The notes beneath the pieces are model-generated. The model had not been told where the DNA came from, did not search any database, and saw only the letters and a program-made list of their open reading frames with translations. Position numbers and translations under genes: made by a program. Source: an uncultured Marinoscillum sp. (lineage in GTDB: Bacteria; Bacteroidota; Bacteroidia; Cytophagales; MED-G16). Taken from it: DNA of 62,226 nt. The stretch spans positions 18,704-80,929 of the forward strand of contig CAZKLB010000004.1 in the NCBI GenBank assembly GCA_964553685.1, given 5' to 3'. The stretch's first letter is position 1. Each line of letters opens with the position of its first letter. Shown one piece after another: positions 48,580 through 60,395 of this stretch.

Positions 48580-49437
48580 ATGGTACAATCAATGACATCT
48601 TACGGTAGACACTCTATATCAAAAAAATATTACTCAATTGAGACTGAAATTAAATCCCTAAACTCTAAATTTTTTGATTTTAATATAAGGAACTCTCCAC
48701 AAATAAAATTAGATGAAAATAAAATTAGATCAATTCTCAAGAAAAAATTAACGAGAGGTAAAATCGATGTTACTATTTCGATCTATGAAAAATCAAAAGA
48801 TCATAAAAAAATAATTGATTCAAAAAAATTTAAGAATCTTTATAGTGAAATTAAATCACTTGCAAGAAGTCATAATGATGATATTATATTAAACAATACC
48901 TTGAAATTTAGTGAAAAACTTTTAGCTTCTGAAAATATTAATCTATCTCAAAACATAATATATGATTCAATAAATAAAGCTGCTAATGCATGTATCAAAT
49001 ATAGAGTCAAAGAAGGGAAAACTATTTTAAAAGATCTCCAAAAAAAAATTAAAAGTATTCATAAAGACTTAAAGAATATCATTCTTATTGATAAAAAACA
49101 GATCAAGAATAAAAGAAAAGCCCTTAAAGAAAAAATATTAGATATCAAAGGATTAAAAGTAGATCAAAATAGATTAGAGCAGGAAGTATTTTTTTATCTT
49201 GACAAAATAGATATCAATGAAGAAATCAATAGGTTAAAAAGTAATCTATACTTGTTTGAGGAAACTATGAAATCAAAAACTTCACAGGGTAAAAAGTTAA
49301 ATTTTATATGTCAAGAAATTGGAAGAGAAATAAATACAATTGGATCAAAATGTAGTGAGTTTGCAATTCAAAAAAAAGTTATTGAAATGAAAAATAATTT
49401 AGAGAAAATAAAAGAGGAAAATTATAATATAGTTTAG
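48580..49437 (+). CDS. YicC/YloC family protein
   Basis: MVQSMTSYG, IKSLNSK, RGKIDV, DINEEINRL, KKLNFICQEIGREINTIGSK. Confidence 0.92.
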   Translation: MVQSMTSYGRHSISKKYYSIETEIKSLNSKFFDFNIRNSPQIKLDENKIRSILKKKLTRGKIDVTISIYEKSKDHKKIIDSKKFKNLYSEIKSLARSHNDDIILNNTLKFSEKLLASENINLSQNIIYDSINKAANACIKYRVKEGKTILKDLQKKIKSIHKDLKNIILIDKKQIKNKRKALKEKILDIKGLKVDQNRLEQEVFFYLDKIDINEEINRLKSNLYLFEETMKSKTSQGKKLNFICQEIGREINTIGSKCSEFAIQKKVIEMKNNLEKIKEENYNIV

Positions 49438-50108
49438 CCCAATTTGAAGGTTATTGGTAGTATCATTCTAACCCTAACTGGTCTCCCTCTCTGTTTCCCT
49501 GGCGACCATTTTTTAGCTTTTGCTATAACCCTCACAGCCTCCTCATCACAACCAGCACCTATTCCTTTTATTGCCTTAACATCTGATAAAGAACCGTCTT
49601 TGTCAACAACAAATTGAACAAATACTTTACCTTCAATACCCATTCTTCTTGCTTGAGCAGGATACCTAAGTGATGTTGCAACATATTTATAAAAGGCGCC
49701 CATTCCTCCAGGTGGCTGTGGTTGATCTTCAACAATAGTAAAAATCTCATCAACTTCTTCTTCTTCGGGTGCTTCCTCAAAAACTATTTCTTCAATTACA
49801 GTTTCTTCAGTGATCTCAACGTCAATTTCTATTTCAATTTCTTCTTCAATTTCTTCTTCATCTGGAACCTCAATAATTTCAGGTTGTTGTATAACAGGTG
49901 GTGGTGGTGGTGGTTGTTCAGTAGGCGGAATCTCCATCAAATCCTCAAAATCATCTTCAATTGAACCTAAATCCATAGCAGCGCCCCTATCATAAAATCT
50001 CCACTCAAAAGCAGTTATAACAAGTAGAAGACTTAGGCATAAGCCAATATTTAAGAAAAGTCCACTTCTTCTTTCTAAATCAGCCTCAGGATGTTTTTTA
50101 ATTTCCAT
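49434..50108 (-). CDS. tonB: Energy transducer TonB
   Basis: N-terminal TM, poly-Pro/acidic linker, YPAQARRMGIEGKVFVQFVV, WSPGKQRG.PVRV..PI.F. Confidence 0.93.
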   Translation of the reverse strand: MEIKKHPEADLERRSGLFLNIGLCLSLLLVITAFEWRFYDRGAAMDLGSIEDDFEDLMEIPPTEQPPPPPPVIQQPEIIEVPDEEEIEEEIEIEIDVEITEETVIEEIVFEEAPEEEEVDEIFTIVEDQPQPPGGMGAFYKYVATSLRYPAQARRMGIEGKVFVQFVVDKDGSLSDVKAIKGIGAGCDEEAVRVIAKAKKWSPGKQRGRPVRVRMILPITFKLG

Positions 50109-50114
50109 ATCAAG

Positions 50115-50122
50115 TAAATTTA
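50115..50122 (-). promoter_or_regulatory. Possible -7 box variant TAAATTTA for tonB
   Basis: One mismatch to TAnnTTTG, 6 nt before ATG 50108. Palindromic and AT-only, so weak. Confidence 0.3.
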
Positions 50123-50134
50123 AATAAATATATT

Positions 50135-50506
50135 TTAGTTTTTAATATAAATACTACAAAATAAACCTGAAGTAATACCTAAAAGGTTAAATAATAAATC
50201 ATAGTATTCAAATTTTCTCATGGGTAAGTAAATTTGTTGAACCTCCATTATAGATCCAAAAATTATCAATAAAATAAAAATAATTATCAAATTCTTTGTT
50301 TGTACTCTCTTATCATAAGAGATTATTGCTTGTGTAATAAGAAATGCCTGAACAAAAAAAAGAATGAAATGAATAGCCTTATCAAGATGATCAATAGATA
50401 TTTCAGATGAGTTATTAGAATAAAAAATTAATAAATATAAAATTGAAATAAACCAACCAACTGATGATATAAGATAAATATAAAACTTAAGAGATAAGTT
50501 TTTCAT
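50135..50506 (-). CDS. VanZ family membrane protein
   Basis: [25 protein letters not shown]. Start moved to ATG 50506. Confidence 0.85.
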   Translation of the reverse strand: MKNLSLKFYIYLISSVGWFISILYLLIFYSNNSSEISIDHLDKAIHFILFFVQAFLITQAIISYDKRVQTKNLIIIFILLIIFGSIMEVQQIYLPMRKFEYYDLLFNLLGITSGLFCSIYIKN

Positions 50507-50861
50507 AACCCTGAGCATCAAGCAAGCTATCTAACTCTGATTTATTTTCAAATTTTATTTTAACCATCCAACCATCTCCATAAGGATCGTTATTTACAAG
50601 TTCAGGTTCAGATTCTAATTTTTCGTTCAACTCAATTACATCGCCAGAAATTGGCATAAATAGATCTGAAACAGTTTTAACAGCTTCTACAGTTCCAAAA
50701 ACATCACCCATTTTAACATTTTGATCGATAGTTTCAATTTCTACATAAACAATATCACCTAACTCTCCTTGTGCAAAATCTGTAATTCCAACAACTGCAA
50801 TATCATCTTCAATCCTTATCCATTCGTGATCTTTAGTATATTTTAAATTTTCTTGTACCAT
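50487..50861 (-). CDS. gcvH: Glycine cleavage system H protein
   Basis: [33 protein letters not shown] (lipoyl Lys), NNDPYGDGW. Confidence 0.97.
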   Translation of the reverse strand: MVQENLKYTKDHEWIRIEDDIAVVGITDFAQGELGDIVYVEIETIDQNVKMGDVFGTVEAVKTVSDLFMPISGDVIELNEKLESEPELVNNDPYGDGWMVKIKFENKSELDSLLDAQGYEKLIS

Positions 50862-50864
50862 GGG

Positions 50865-50872
50865 CGAATATA
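50865..50872 (-). promoter_or_regulatory. Putative -7 box variant TATATTCG for gcvH
   Basis: One mismatch to TAnnTTTG, 3 nt before ATG 50861. Confidence 0.45.
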
Positions 50873-50907
50873 ATAAATGAATTTTTCTAAAAATAGTATT
50901 TAATAAA

Positions 50908-53900
50908 TTATTGATTTAAACTTAGTCGAAGTCTAGCCCCAAATGTTGTAGAATATCTTGGAAATGAATTTGAGACCGTAGGCTTATTTATAACCCTATC
51001 ATAATAGACTATAAGATTAACTCTATTATTAACTGTATAATTAATATTAGGCCTTAATTGAAAATTATAATTACCATTAGTCACAATATTTTCACCGTCC
51101 ATTTTTCTTTGAATAGTAGATGTATTTCTTATTATGAAGTTTAATCTAAATTCAATTTCATTATCAAGAATTATAGTATTACCTCTTACTTTGAAGGGTA
51201 ATCTCAGCTTTTCTTTGGTATATCCAAAATCTACTGAAAAGTCAGAGTTTCTCATTTCAGTTACTTGTGAATTAGATAGATTCAGCATTACATTCCTGTC
51301 TTTTTTATAATCAACACGAGCATTTAAATTATTTTTTGTCCTAACATTGATTCCTATTAATGGTGAAAACCTCTCTGTTATTCTTACTTGATTAATAATA
51401 AAAAATGGAATTAATCCATTTTCAGATTGTTGTGATGCTAATGGATAATTCATAATCGAATTAGTAAAATCAAGATCATCAACGTATAACAGAGAGTTTG
51501 AAAATTCACCAATGGAGTATATACTCTGATATGCGTGAGATATTGTTATTGAAGAAAAAATTTCACTAAGTGATTTAATTTTACCCAAACCTGAAAAATC
51601 TAATCTCCAATTCGGTATTGGTATTTTAGGAAATGGTTTTAAAGAAAATGTAGACGCGTCAGAACCTGAATAAGCTGATATGAATGCAGGTATTAGTACG
51701 TCCTGAGAATTAATACCGTACTCTCCTTGGGTATTGAGAGTATTTAATCTATCTCTAATAATATTCCTATTAGTGACAAATTTTTCAAAAACAGGAGAAT
51801 TATTTGTATTATCATCTTTCAAAAAAGAGGTCTTTATAGAAAGGAATGATAGTGAGAAGCTACCACCTCTTGTTGGAGTCAAAGAGACAAAAGATCCTTT
51901 ATTTGAATCAAATCGAAAAATTTCTTGAAAGTTTTCAGAAACAATTCTCTTTGCATCCAACTGAATTCTTAAACTATTGAGCGGTTGAATAGAACTTCTA
52001 AATTGGAAATTATTATTTCTTGATTGAACAAATGGATTATTAAGATAATCATTGGCTACTAACCAGCCATTATCGGCAGCTAAATTTCTGATTTTTGAGT
52101 CTTGAGAGCCAAGAATAAAGTTCCATCCTGGTGACTTCGAAAAAGAATTAAGACCAAAAATTCCAGGAGAATGGATAATTCCGGACATACCTGTTCTTTC
52201 ATTTACATTATAATTTAAATTTATTGATCTAACTGACAATAAAACTTTCATTAATCCGTCAAAAACTCTGGACTGAAAAATAGAACTAACAGTGTCTTTC
52301 TCTTTATATTTTTTATTGTAATTTTTAAGAATTGGGATTTTATCGTAAAATTTTGAAATATCTAACTTAGTTGTAAGGGAATATTCTCTCCCATTTTCAA
52401 CAATATTACCAAGAGTATCTGATTGCAAATATGAACCTGCTGACCATAAATATCTTGAACTATATTTTGCATTTGAACTTACCCAATCTAATAACGGCAA
52501 TTTATTGATTGGGATTTTATAATTTACTTGTATATTCTGATTAAAATTTTTAGTTCTCCCTAAACGTTTTAGATTATAATACATACTATCCAATTTTTCT
52601 TGGGTATCTAATTCACCCTCAGGTTCATCCACCACAGAATTATTTACAACACTAAAATCAATATTCATGCTACTAAATATATTCCATCGCATACTGTATG
52701 ATTTATTGAAGGAGAAATATTTCTCATAAATAGGATCAACACCTTCTATTGATAAATCTGAATTTCTATATTGGGTTTTATTAAACCTTCTATTTAAATC
52801 ACCAGAAATATTAATATTAGAAGGGAGAGGATTAAAATTTAAATCCTTTATTATTTGAAAAACTTTTGAATCTAACCATTTGATATTTTTGAATGGTTCT
52901 AATGATACACTCTTCGGAGAAAAGTTGTAAGTTATATTACCTCTATGCTCTCTTGTTTCAATCGACTGCGTTGTAACATTAGAGCTTTTCCTTTCTGTAA
53001 ATGAAAATCCGGTTGTAAAATTTTCTATATCCCAAAAGTCGACTCTAGACTCAGGGTTTGTTCTTTCCTTTCTTACATTATTCAAACTTATTGATTTAGA
53101 TTCAACTCTTTCCTCTGTTAACAACCTGTAATCATCTTGTTCTTTCTTTGAATCGAAAGAATTAATAGATGCAGAAAGCGGAATGTCTTTATCTAAAGGA
53201 TCATATTTTGGAGTAACTCTTGTCTTAGAAGTTGAAATATATAATGGTAATTTTATACCTGTCTTACTTGGCAAAAACTTATCAAGATTTAAGTTTGCAG
53301 AAGCATCATATTGAAATGTTTCATCTCTCGACCTCTCAGAAATTTTTTGTTGAATTGAACCAAAACCAACTGATGTATATCTTGCTGATGAAGAAACCGT
53401 TCCAAAATCAGATAATTTTAAGTTAAGACTTGCATTTGCAGCCCACCCCTTCGTTTTATCAAAATCAGTAAGTCTAAGCTCATTAAACCACAAACATGCA
53501 GACTTAGATGACCTGTCATCTGAAAGAGGATTTTTAACCCCAATCATGAAATTCAAAACTGATCCTAACGAAGGTCTACCTACAATTTTAAATATATATT
53601 TTCCATTACTTGAATTTTTTGCATAAGGGACAGTAACATCAAATTTTTCACGATTTCTTTCAGATTTCAGAGATAATAGCTCTTCAACAAAAACATTTAT
53701 TTCGTTTTCTTCAGGCCAGATTAACCTTTCAATATTTGATGCATTTTGATTTATCAAACTTGGATTAGTTATTTTAAGAGGTAGTTCAATTTCATAGTAG
53801 TTATTTTCATAATCAGAACCAAATCTTAAAAAAGCACTAATTTCATCATCAGAAATAAGATCACCATCATTTGGTTCTGCGTGAATAAACATCTTTATCC

Positions 53901-56900
53901 TACCATAATTAATTAAATCAAAATTTGATTCCTTAAAAACAGCTTGCGCATTGCCATCTGATAAGTCAGTCACACATAATTGTAGAGATTGCTCATTTGT
54001 TCTTCTTTGGACGATTGTTGTATTATCAATATCTCGCGGAATTCCAGGAGGAACCACATAAGGTGACTTTGATTCTGAGCCAATACTGTTTTCCTCTATG
54101 CTTACAACTGATATTTGAAGATCAGAGTCAGATTGCTCAGGTATCTCATTTAATCCTGATTCAATTAAAGATTCTTCATATTTTCTCCATTGGCTTCCAA
54201 CCATTTGAAATTTTGCAAACCTTAGTACTACTGGTTCTTCCCAACCAGTTAGATATGTTCTAATAAATCTTATAGTTTTAAAATCTGATATTGAACCTTG
54301 AATTCTATCAGGATCTCTGATTGGAACCCTAAATTGATACCAAGTTGCATTACCAGATTTATCAACTATCTTATCAACGATATTATTATTACCTACATTG
54401 AGCTTCCCTGGAATAAGGTCTATATTGTATTCATAATAAGATTCTAGTTCGGATAAGGTATTATCCTCATTTAAGTCCTCATTTTCAGGAAAAGGAGAAC
54501 CTTGTGCTGAAAAATTACCACTAGACACTAAAGGAGTATTTCCATCCATACCATTAAAATTTTTATATCTCTCTAATATTTTTTTATTGGAATTATCAAG
54601 ATCATTTCCTAAATAATAGGAAAAATTATCAGCAGAAACGTCATTCTTAATTTTTAGTAATCCATCCCCAGTTAAACTTAATTTATCAATGAAAGTCTCT
54701 TTAAAATGAATCTCCTCCTCAGAGTTTTTTAAACCATCAAGACCTACGTCTTGATTATCCCTCGAAGTACTATTATTTTCAAAAAATTTAGTTAGATATT
54801 GTTTTGAGGTTACCCTTCCCCACTCATTCACATTAATACCATTATTTGAATAGTCTGAGGAAAGTCCATTTTCAAAAGCATGAATATTATCTTTCATAAT
54901 ATCTTCCGAAACATTACCAAGATTCATAACTAGCTTTCCCCCTGTAGTATTATTTCTATTAAATATTCCATCCAATACTTTTCCATTCTCTCCTTCAATA
55001 AATGGATCCATTAACCAAAACTCAATATATTGAATATTAGTCCTATCGAAATCCGTTTCATTTGATATACTTTTTGTTATAGCTCCAAAATTTGATTTTG
55101 GATCTCTTAATAACCCAGAGGGAAGTAGATCTGGATTATAATTATACTGTCCTCTTTCATTTGGAAAATAAGCAATATCAAAAATAGGTAGATTGGTATT
55201 AATTAGTTGTCTATCCTGCTGCCTAAAAATATCTTGAGGTGATACTGGTTTGACATAATTATTTTCAAGATCCTCATTAGTTATATTATTAGGCTTTTGA
55301 GAACCTCCATTCAAGTAGAAAATATTATCAATGGTATACCAAGCAATTTTTGCTCTTTTATATGAGTAACCTAAATTATTTGTTGTAAGATTACTCAAAT
55401 CAAATTTATTATTTGTTGTTGCAGGTGTTGATCCTAATTTCCAAGAAAGGGATGAACTTCCTAGTGTAATAGGAATAACAGCACTTTCAAAGTCATCAAT
55501 ATATGTAATCCCTTCTCCATTAATTATGTTTGAAGTACCTGGTACTATCTGAGCAAATTCTGAACTAAAGTTAATATTTGATTTTTCCCTAGTTCCAAGC
55601 AGTGGAATAGTATTTATTATCTTTGTTAAAAACTCACTTTCTTTATTAATATTAAAGTCAAACCCATACTTAGTATTTCTTACAGGCTCATTCCCAACAC
55701 TAAATCTTGTTATTCCTCCTGGCCTTTCATTCATGTGAAATACAGTAAAACCTAAATTAATATTTTCATCAAAATTATATTCGGCTCTAGCCCCTGATAA
55801 CCACTTAGTCTGAAAATTAAATAAGTCAGCTTTCTCAAATGAAATATTTACCTCTTGACCAGAACTAAGAATAGCAGGATTTAAAATCCTTACACTACCA
55901 AGATTGTAATTAACTGTATAATCTGTGCCCTCAACTAATTGTAAATTACCTGCGGTAACTACAACGGAGTTCTCAGAAATATCAAGTCCAGGAAGATTGA
56001 TTTCACTTCCAGAACCTGATGAGACTGTTCCCACAATAAAAAATTTATTTTTTGAAAGTATTTTTTGAGCTTCGTCCTGTGTTTGAGAATATAACTCCTT
56101 ATATACATATTTTTCAGATAAGCTGGATTCATTATTACTTTGAAAATAAGAGTCTAGAGTTGCTCCAAAAGGTTCAATTACTGGAAATATGATATTTCCT
56201 TTTTTTGAATTAATAGTATAACCTTCAATAAAATCAAAATTACCATCATATTGTGGATCATTATTCGAATTTAATCTATCTAATCCAAGTAATCTGATGA
56301 GAGGCTTATCTCTTGTTAAGGTTCCCTCATTAAGACTAGGATTATTAAAACCAACAGCATCATCTCTATAATTAATTCTTAATTCAAAATTTTCATTCTC
56401 TATTTGATTAGCATTTAAGTTATAAATATTTTTCATCATCAAATCCCATGTAGGAATCGATGTATTAATATTTGAAGGCCTCAATAATTTCAAAAAAATT
56501 ATCTCACTCTCTGATCTATTTTGGTAATCCTCTGATAATTCTCCAACCTTATACCTATTACCGTTATATGTATATTCATATGAAACAGCTAATACTTCAT
56601 CATTCTGTAATCTTCTTAAAAGAGAGATATATCCAAGGGTCTTATTTACTTCATATTCATCTGTATTTAGTTTTCTAGCTGATGTTACTTTTTCAAAATC
56701 AATTGTTTTTGACAAACCATTAACATTAGATAATATGTCATCAATTTGATCATTATTTCTAAGGCTTGAATTATTGATGATATTATCATATAAATTATTT
56801 GAAGCATTATCGTTTGGCCCAAGGTTACCTGATCCAATTATAGGATTTGAAGGATTTAGTATTCTTTTCCCTTCTCCAAGATCTGTGAATGCTGCAAAAT

Positions 56901-57975
56901 TTCTCAGTGCCTGAGAATTATTTGTTCTATTTAAAATATATACTTCAACCCTATTAATGTTAACTCCTGAACTAACAATAGGTAGTGACTTTAACCATTT
57001 CTCATAGTTTTCTCTAAAAAAATGACCAAGAAAATAATGTCTATTTCTGTCATATTTAGATGCTATAATCTCAAACTCTCTACCCTGAAAACCATTATCG
57101 ATTTTAATTGACTCACTTTTTCCTTGTTGCCTAGATAATATACCCGTGATGCTTAACTTTCCAAACTGTAATTGAGTTTTAAGACCAAATAAACTTTGAG
57201 CACCTCTTAATAAACTATTTTTTACAGGCATACTGATATTACCAACCTCAATTTTTCTAATAATTTCTTCATCAAAGCCTGTATAATCTAATTTTAAATT
57301 ATTCTGAAAATCAAAAGTGTTATTATTATCAAAATTTGCTGTTATTTTAAGTTTTTCTCCAATTTTTCCGTTTATGTTTAAATTGATTTGTTGATCATAA
57401 TTAAATCCACCATTTCTCTGTTGTCTGATAGGTATAGAAGGATTTTCAACCTTTTGAAATCTACCTCCAAAATCTAAATTTACAAATCCATTTACTTGAA
57501 GATCAATGAAATTACCTCCAAAAATTCTATCTAAAGATTCCGGAATATATATTTTGGGAATAAGCCTTCCACTTTGTAATGTATTTTCCCCATCTAAACC
57601 TATTGATTTTTGTCTAAAATATTCTTTAATATTTTTATCAGTACTGAATTTATCAAAACTATTAAATGGTACAGCAATAGATGGTCTATAATTTAGAGCA
57701 CCTAACTTTTCATCAAGATAAAAAACCCCTGAGGTATCATATATCGAAGAAAGCTCGATAAGACTAGTATTAATATTATATGCGTTATTTGAAAATAGAC
57801 TTGAATAAGGATCTGAATATCTATCCTTTAATGTGTAAGTAGAAAAATTACTTGGTTCGTAATTAATCGTATCATTGACTTTTAATGTATCAGTTTCTCC
57901 ATTTTGAGAATATAAGCTTGAATTAGACAAAGCTAAAGCAACACAAATAAAAAAGTATATATAAGTAGATCTCAA
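50908..57975 (-). CDS. sprA: T9SS outer membrane translocon SprA/Sov
   Basis: 2355 aa, TTG start; [49 protein letters not shown]-terminal RLSL. Confidence 0.96.
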   Translation of the reverse strand: MRSTYIYFFICVALALSNSSLYSQNGETDTLKVNDTINYEPSNFSTYTLKDRYSDPYSSLFSNNAYNINTSLIELSSIYDTSGVFYLDEKLGALNYRPSIAVPFNSFDKFSTDKNIKEYFRQKSIGLDGENTLQSGRLIPKIYIPESLDRIFGGNFIDLQVNGFVNLDFGGRFQKVENPSIPIRQQRNGGFNYDQQINLNINGKIGEKLKITANFDNNNTFDFQNNLKLDYTGFDEEIIRKIEVGNISMPVKNSLLRGAQSLFGLKTQLQFGKLSITGILSRQQGKSESIKIDNGFQGREFEIIASKYDRNRHYFLGHFFRENYEKWLKSLPIVSSGVNINRVEVYILNRTNNSQALRNFAAFTDLGEGKRILNPSNPIIGSGNLGPNDNASNNLYDNIINNSSLRNNDQIDDILSNVNGLSKTIDFEKVTSARKLNTDEYEVNKTLGYISLLRRLQNDEVLAVSYEYTYNGNRYKVGELSEDYQNRSESEIIFLKLLRPSNINTSIPTWDLMMKNIYNLNANQIENENFELRINYRDDAVGFNNPSLNEGTLTRDKPLIRLLGLDRLNSNNDPQYDGNFDFIEGYTINSKKGNIIFPVIEPFGATLDSYFQSNNESSLSEKYVYKELYSQTQDEAQKILSKNKFFIVGTVSSGSGSEINLPGLDISENSVVVTAGNLQLVEGTDYTVNYNLGSVRILNPAILSSGQEVNISFEKADLFNFQTKWLSGARAEYNFDENINLGFTVFHMNERPGGITRFSVGNEPVRNTKYGFDFNINKESEFLTKIINTIPLLGTREKSNINFSSEFAQIVPGTSNIINGEGITYIDDFESAVIPITLGSSSLSWKLGSTPATTNNKFDLSNLTTNNLGYSYKRAKIAWYTIDNIFYLNGGSQKPNNITNEDLENNYVKPVSPQDIFRQQDRQLINTNLPIFDIAYFPNERGQYNYNPDLLPSGLLRDPKSNFGAITKSISNETDFDRTNIQYIEFWLMDPFIEGENGKVLDGIFNRNNTTGGKLVMNLGNVSEDIMKDNIHAFENGLSSDYSNNGINVNEWGRVTSKQYLTKFFENNSTSRDNQDVGLDGLKNSEEEIHFKETFIDKLSLTGDGLLKIKNDVSADNFSYYLGNDLDNSNKKILERYKNFNGMDGNTPLVSSGNFSAQGSPFPENEDLNEDNTLSELESYYEYNIDLIPGKLNVGNNNIVDKIVDKSGNATWYQFRVPIRDPDRIQGSISDFKTIRFIRTYLTGWEEPVVLRFAKFQMVGSQWRKYEESLIESGLNEIPEQSDSDLQISVVSIEENSIGSESKSPYVVPPGIPRDIDNTTIVQRRTNEQSLQLCVTDLSDGNAQAVFKESNFDLINYGRIKMFIHAEPNDGDLISDDEISAFLRFGSDYENNYYEIELPLKITNPSLINQNASNIERLIWPEENEINVFVEELLSLKSERNREKFDVTVPYAKNSSNGKYIFKIVGRPSLGSVLNFMIGVKNPLSDDRSSKSACLWFNELRLTDFDKTKGWAANASLNLKLSDFGTVSSSARYTSVGFGSIQQKISERSRDETFQYDASANLNLDKFLPSKTGIKLPLYISTSKTRVTPKYDPLDKDIPLSASINSFDSKKEQDDYRLLTEERVESKSISLNNVRKERTNPESRVDFWDIENFTTGFSFTERKSSNVTTQSIETREHRGNITYNFSPKSVSLEPFKNIKWLDSKVFQIIKDLNFNPLPSNINISGDLNRRFNKTQYRNSDLSIEGVDPIYEKYFSFNKSYSMRWNIFSSMNIDFSVVNNSVVDEPEGELDTQEKLDSMYYNLKRLGRTKNFNQNIQVNYKIPINKLPLLDWVSSNAKYSSRYLWSAGSYLQSDTLGNIVENGREYSLTTKLDISKFYDKIPILKNYNKKYKEKDTVSSIFQSRVFDGLMKVLLSVRSINLNYNVNERTGMSGIIHSPGIFGLNSFSKSPGWNFILGSQDSKIRNLAADNGWLVANDYLNNPFVQSRNNNFQFRSSIQPLNSLRIQLDAKRIVSENFQEIFRFDSNKGSFVSLTPTRGGSFSLSFLSIKTSFLKDDNTNNSPVFEKFVTNRNIIRDRLNTLNTQGEYGINSQDVLIPAFISAYSGSDASTFSLKPFPKIPIPNWRLDFSGLGKIKSLSEIFSSITISHAYQSIYSIGEFSNSLLYVDDLDFTNSIMNYPLASQQSENGLIPFFIINQVRITERFSPLIGINVRTKNNLNARVDYKKDRNVMLNLSNSQVTEMRNSDFSVDFGYTKEKLRLPFKVRGNTIILDNEIEFRLNFIIRNTSTIQRKMDGENIVTNGNYNFQLRPNINYTVNNRVNLIVYYDRVINKPTVSNSFPRYSTTFGARLRLSLNQ

Positions 57976-57989
57976 AGCTTACTTTTTGT

Positions 57990-58574
57990 CTATGACCTTT
58001 TAAGTACCTCTCTGATTAGTTCTTCCAAAGTAATATTGATATTTTTCTCTAAAATATTATCAATATGGCGTTCAACAACATTCTTTGAAATACCCAAAGA
58101 AGATAATGCTGATAACGCTTCATTCCTAATGGTATTGTCAAAAGATTCAACAAATTTTATATCGTCTATATCTTCTTTAGAAATTTTATCTTTAAGCTCA
58201 AGGATTATTCTTTCAGCAGTTTTTAATCCAATCCCCTTTACTGACTTTATTTTATTAACATCTGACTCAATAATTGCTTTTTTCAACTCGCTAGCTGATA
58301 ATGAAGATAATATAACAATGGCAGTACTTGGACCAACTCCTGAGATAGATATCAAATCTAAAAAGGTTTTTCTTTCTTTCTTATTATAAAATCCATATAA
58401 AGTATGGGAATCCTCTTTGACATTTAAATGTGTGAAAATATTTACTTTATCAATATTCTTAATTTTGGAATATGTTCTTAAAGAAATTAAGATTTCGTAA
58501 CCAACACCATTAACGTCTACTATAAGTTTAGTGGGGCTAATTTCAATATTTTTACCTTTAATAAATGATATCAT
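57990..58574 (-). CDS. ruvA: Holliday junction branch migration protein RuvA
   Basis: VDVNGVGYE, LYGF, ISGVGP, VKGIG.KTAERI..ELKDK, ALSSLG. Confidence 0.97.
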   Translation of the reverse strand: MISFIKGKNIEISPTKLIVDVNGVGYEILISLRTYSKIKNIDKVNIFTHLNVKEDSHTLYGFYNKKERKTFLDLISISGVGPSTAIVILSSLSASELKKAIIESDVNKIKSVKGIGLKTAERIILELKDKISKEDIDDIKFVESFDNTIRNEALSALSSLGISKNVVERHIDNILEKNINITLEELIREVLKRS

Positions 58575-59680
58575 ATCTCAAATGTCCACAATATGGAAAA
58601 TATTTCTTGCATTAAATCTCTTTTTTTTAAACCTGGAGCATAGACATACCCCTCTATATAATATACTCTTTCGGCTTCTGAGTCGTAAACTATTAAACTA
58701 TGAAAAGGTCCACCAGCTGAAATATCACTTAATTTCCACAAACCTTTAGACTCAACTGCTGAAAACCCTTTGTAATTAATATTTCTTGAATCAATTGGAA
58801 AAATATCTTGTATTGTCATGTAAACACTACTCTTTTCGGAATCTCTTAAAAATTTTCTAGTTATAATATTTCTAACCTTTTTTATATCAGGCGGATTTTG
58901 ATTGAATACATCATAAAAATCTTCAAACTGTTTTTCTTTAAAATCTTCATAATATACAAATATATTTTTTTCAAAATCAGGTTCTAATTGTCTTAACCAA
59001 AAGAAATTTCCATTTTCTTCTGGCAAGCTTTTAGCTAAATCATAGCCATAGGGAATCTTGAGATTTACTTTATGATCATCTAAAATTTTATCCGATATAT
59101 TATTTTCCATTTTATTGAAAATTTCAGTATTAACACGTTTTATAACTTCATCTTCAAAGAGTTTAGTTATCACTTCACTATTTTCTACTATTTTATTATT
59201 TAATTCTTCGTCGGTTCTACTAAAAAGGTATAATATAACCTGGCCTTTTGCATACTGATCTCTTCTTATAAAATAGAAAAATGATGGATCATTTTTTATT
59301 TTTTCTAAAGACTCAGTATTAAAATTTTTTCTTAAAATTTCTGAGTCTAAACTTTTACCTTCTAATGTAAAAGCCATTACTATATTTTTTGCATGTCTTA
59401 AAATATTATTAAACTTTCTAGGTCTAATATATCGAAGATCAAATTTAGGTTCTGGCTGAGGTAAACTTTGAACAAAAGATCCGTATATATTTACAAGCGA
59501 TCTTCCAATCTGATTTTGGAATTTAGAAGAATCCATAACAATTATCATTTCTCTATTTTCACCTGATGCCCTTGGTAAGAATGAGGAGTTTTCAATTATT
59601 TTCTTTTGATTAATCTCACAAGAAAAAATAACTGATACTGTAGATAAAATTAAAAATATAGAACTTATTCTGTCAGCCAT
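58571..59680 (-). CDS. DUF4837 family lipoprotein
   Basis: Lipobox IFSC; LPQPEPKF, AKGQ, G.W...GGPF, YIEGYVYAP..KR. Confidence 0.8.
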   Translation of the reverse strand: MADRISSIFLILSTVSVIFSCEINQKKIIENSSFLPRASGENREMIIVMDSSKFQNQIGRSLVNIYGSFVQSLPQPEPKFDLRYIRPRKFNNILRHAKNIVMAFTLEGKSLDSEILRKNFNTESLEKIKNDPSFFYFIRRDQYAKGQVILYLFSRTDEELNNKIVENSEVITKLFEDEVIKRVNTEIFNKMENNISDKILDDHKVNLKIPYGYDLAKSLPEENGNFFWLRQLEPDFEKNIFVYYEDFKEKQFEDFYDVFNQNPPDIKKVRNIITRKFLRDSEKSSVYMTIQDIFPIDSRNINYKGFSAVESKGLWKLSDISAGGPFHSLIVYDSEAERVYYIEGYVYAPGLKKRDLMQEIFSILWTFEI

Positions 59681-59732
59681 TATTTACTATTTTATAAATA
59701 ATAATATTAATTTTAAGAAAAAATCAAAAAAC

Positions 59733-60146
59733 ATGAGTAACGAATTACTAAATAAAGCAGTAAGTACATGCTTTGCAAAAATAGCAAGAGTTGATGGAAG
59801 TATTGGCAAAGAGGAAACAGATATTATGAATTCAAGCGATTTTCTGAAAAAGTATAATATTGGAGATATAGAATCAATTGACACTTCAAATTTTTTCAAT
59901 AAAATACAAGGTGATTTTGGTAATGTAATGAAGGAAAAATTAGATGATAACGACAAAAAAGAATTTATATATGAGTTGGTTAGCTTAATAAAGGCTGATA
60001 ATAAGGTTCACGATCACGAATTTTTTCTATTAGGTCATATTGCTAACTCGATTGGGTTTAGTCCAACTAGAGTTGCTGAAATTATTAATGAAAAAGGGCT
60101 TGATAGTTCTAAGACTACCGGTTGGTTCTCTTGGTTATTCGGATAA
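59733..60146 (+). CDS. TerB/DjlA-N-like protein
   Basis: Paired IARVDGSIGKEE and IKADNKVHDHE motifs, ending HIANSIG; C-terminal tail GWFSWLFG. Confidence 0.75.
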   Translation: MSNELLNKAVSTCFAKIARVDGSIGKEETDIMNSSDFLKKYNIGDIESIDTSNFFNKIQGDFGNVMKEKLDDNDKKEFIYELVSLIKADNKVHDHEFFLLGHIANSIGFSPTRVAEIINEKGLDSSKTTGWFSWLFG

Positions 60147-60159
60147 AAAAAGATAAATA

Positions 60160-60363
60160 TTATTTTTTTTCACTGTCTGACTTAGATTCCTTCTCTATTT
60201 CTTTTTTTATTTCTCTTGAAGCATCCTTAAACTCTCTGATACCTTTTCCAAAACCACGAAAGATTTCAGGTATTTTATTAGCTCCAAAAAAAATAACAAC
60301 TATTAGTCCTATTATTATCCACTCCCAACCACCTGGCATACCTAAACCAAATATTATATTCAT
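60160..60363 (-). CDS. tatA: Twin-arginine translocase subunit TatA/E
   Basis: GGWEWIII..FFGANKIPEIFRGFGKGIREFK. Confidence 0.95.
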   Translation of the reverse strand: MNIIFGLGMPGGWEWIIIGLIVVIFFGANKIPEIFRGFGKGIREFKDASREIKKEIEKESKSDSEKK

Positions 60364-60381
60364 AACTTAAATTTATTTATG

Positions 60382-60389
60382 TAAATATA
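60382..60389 (-). promoter_or_regulatory. Putative -7 box variant TATATTTA for tatA
   Basis: One mismatch to TAnnTTTG, 18 nt before ATG 60363. Confidence 0.4.
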
Positions 60390-60395
60390 GCAAAA

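Noticed and set aside
49760-49920. Short tandem repeats (TTCTTCAAT, GGT) in tonB
   Set aside because: They encode the normal acidic and poly-Pro TonB linker.
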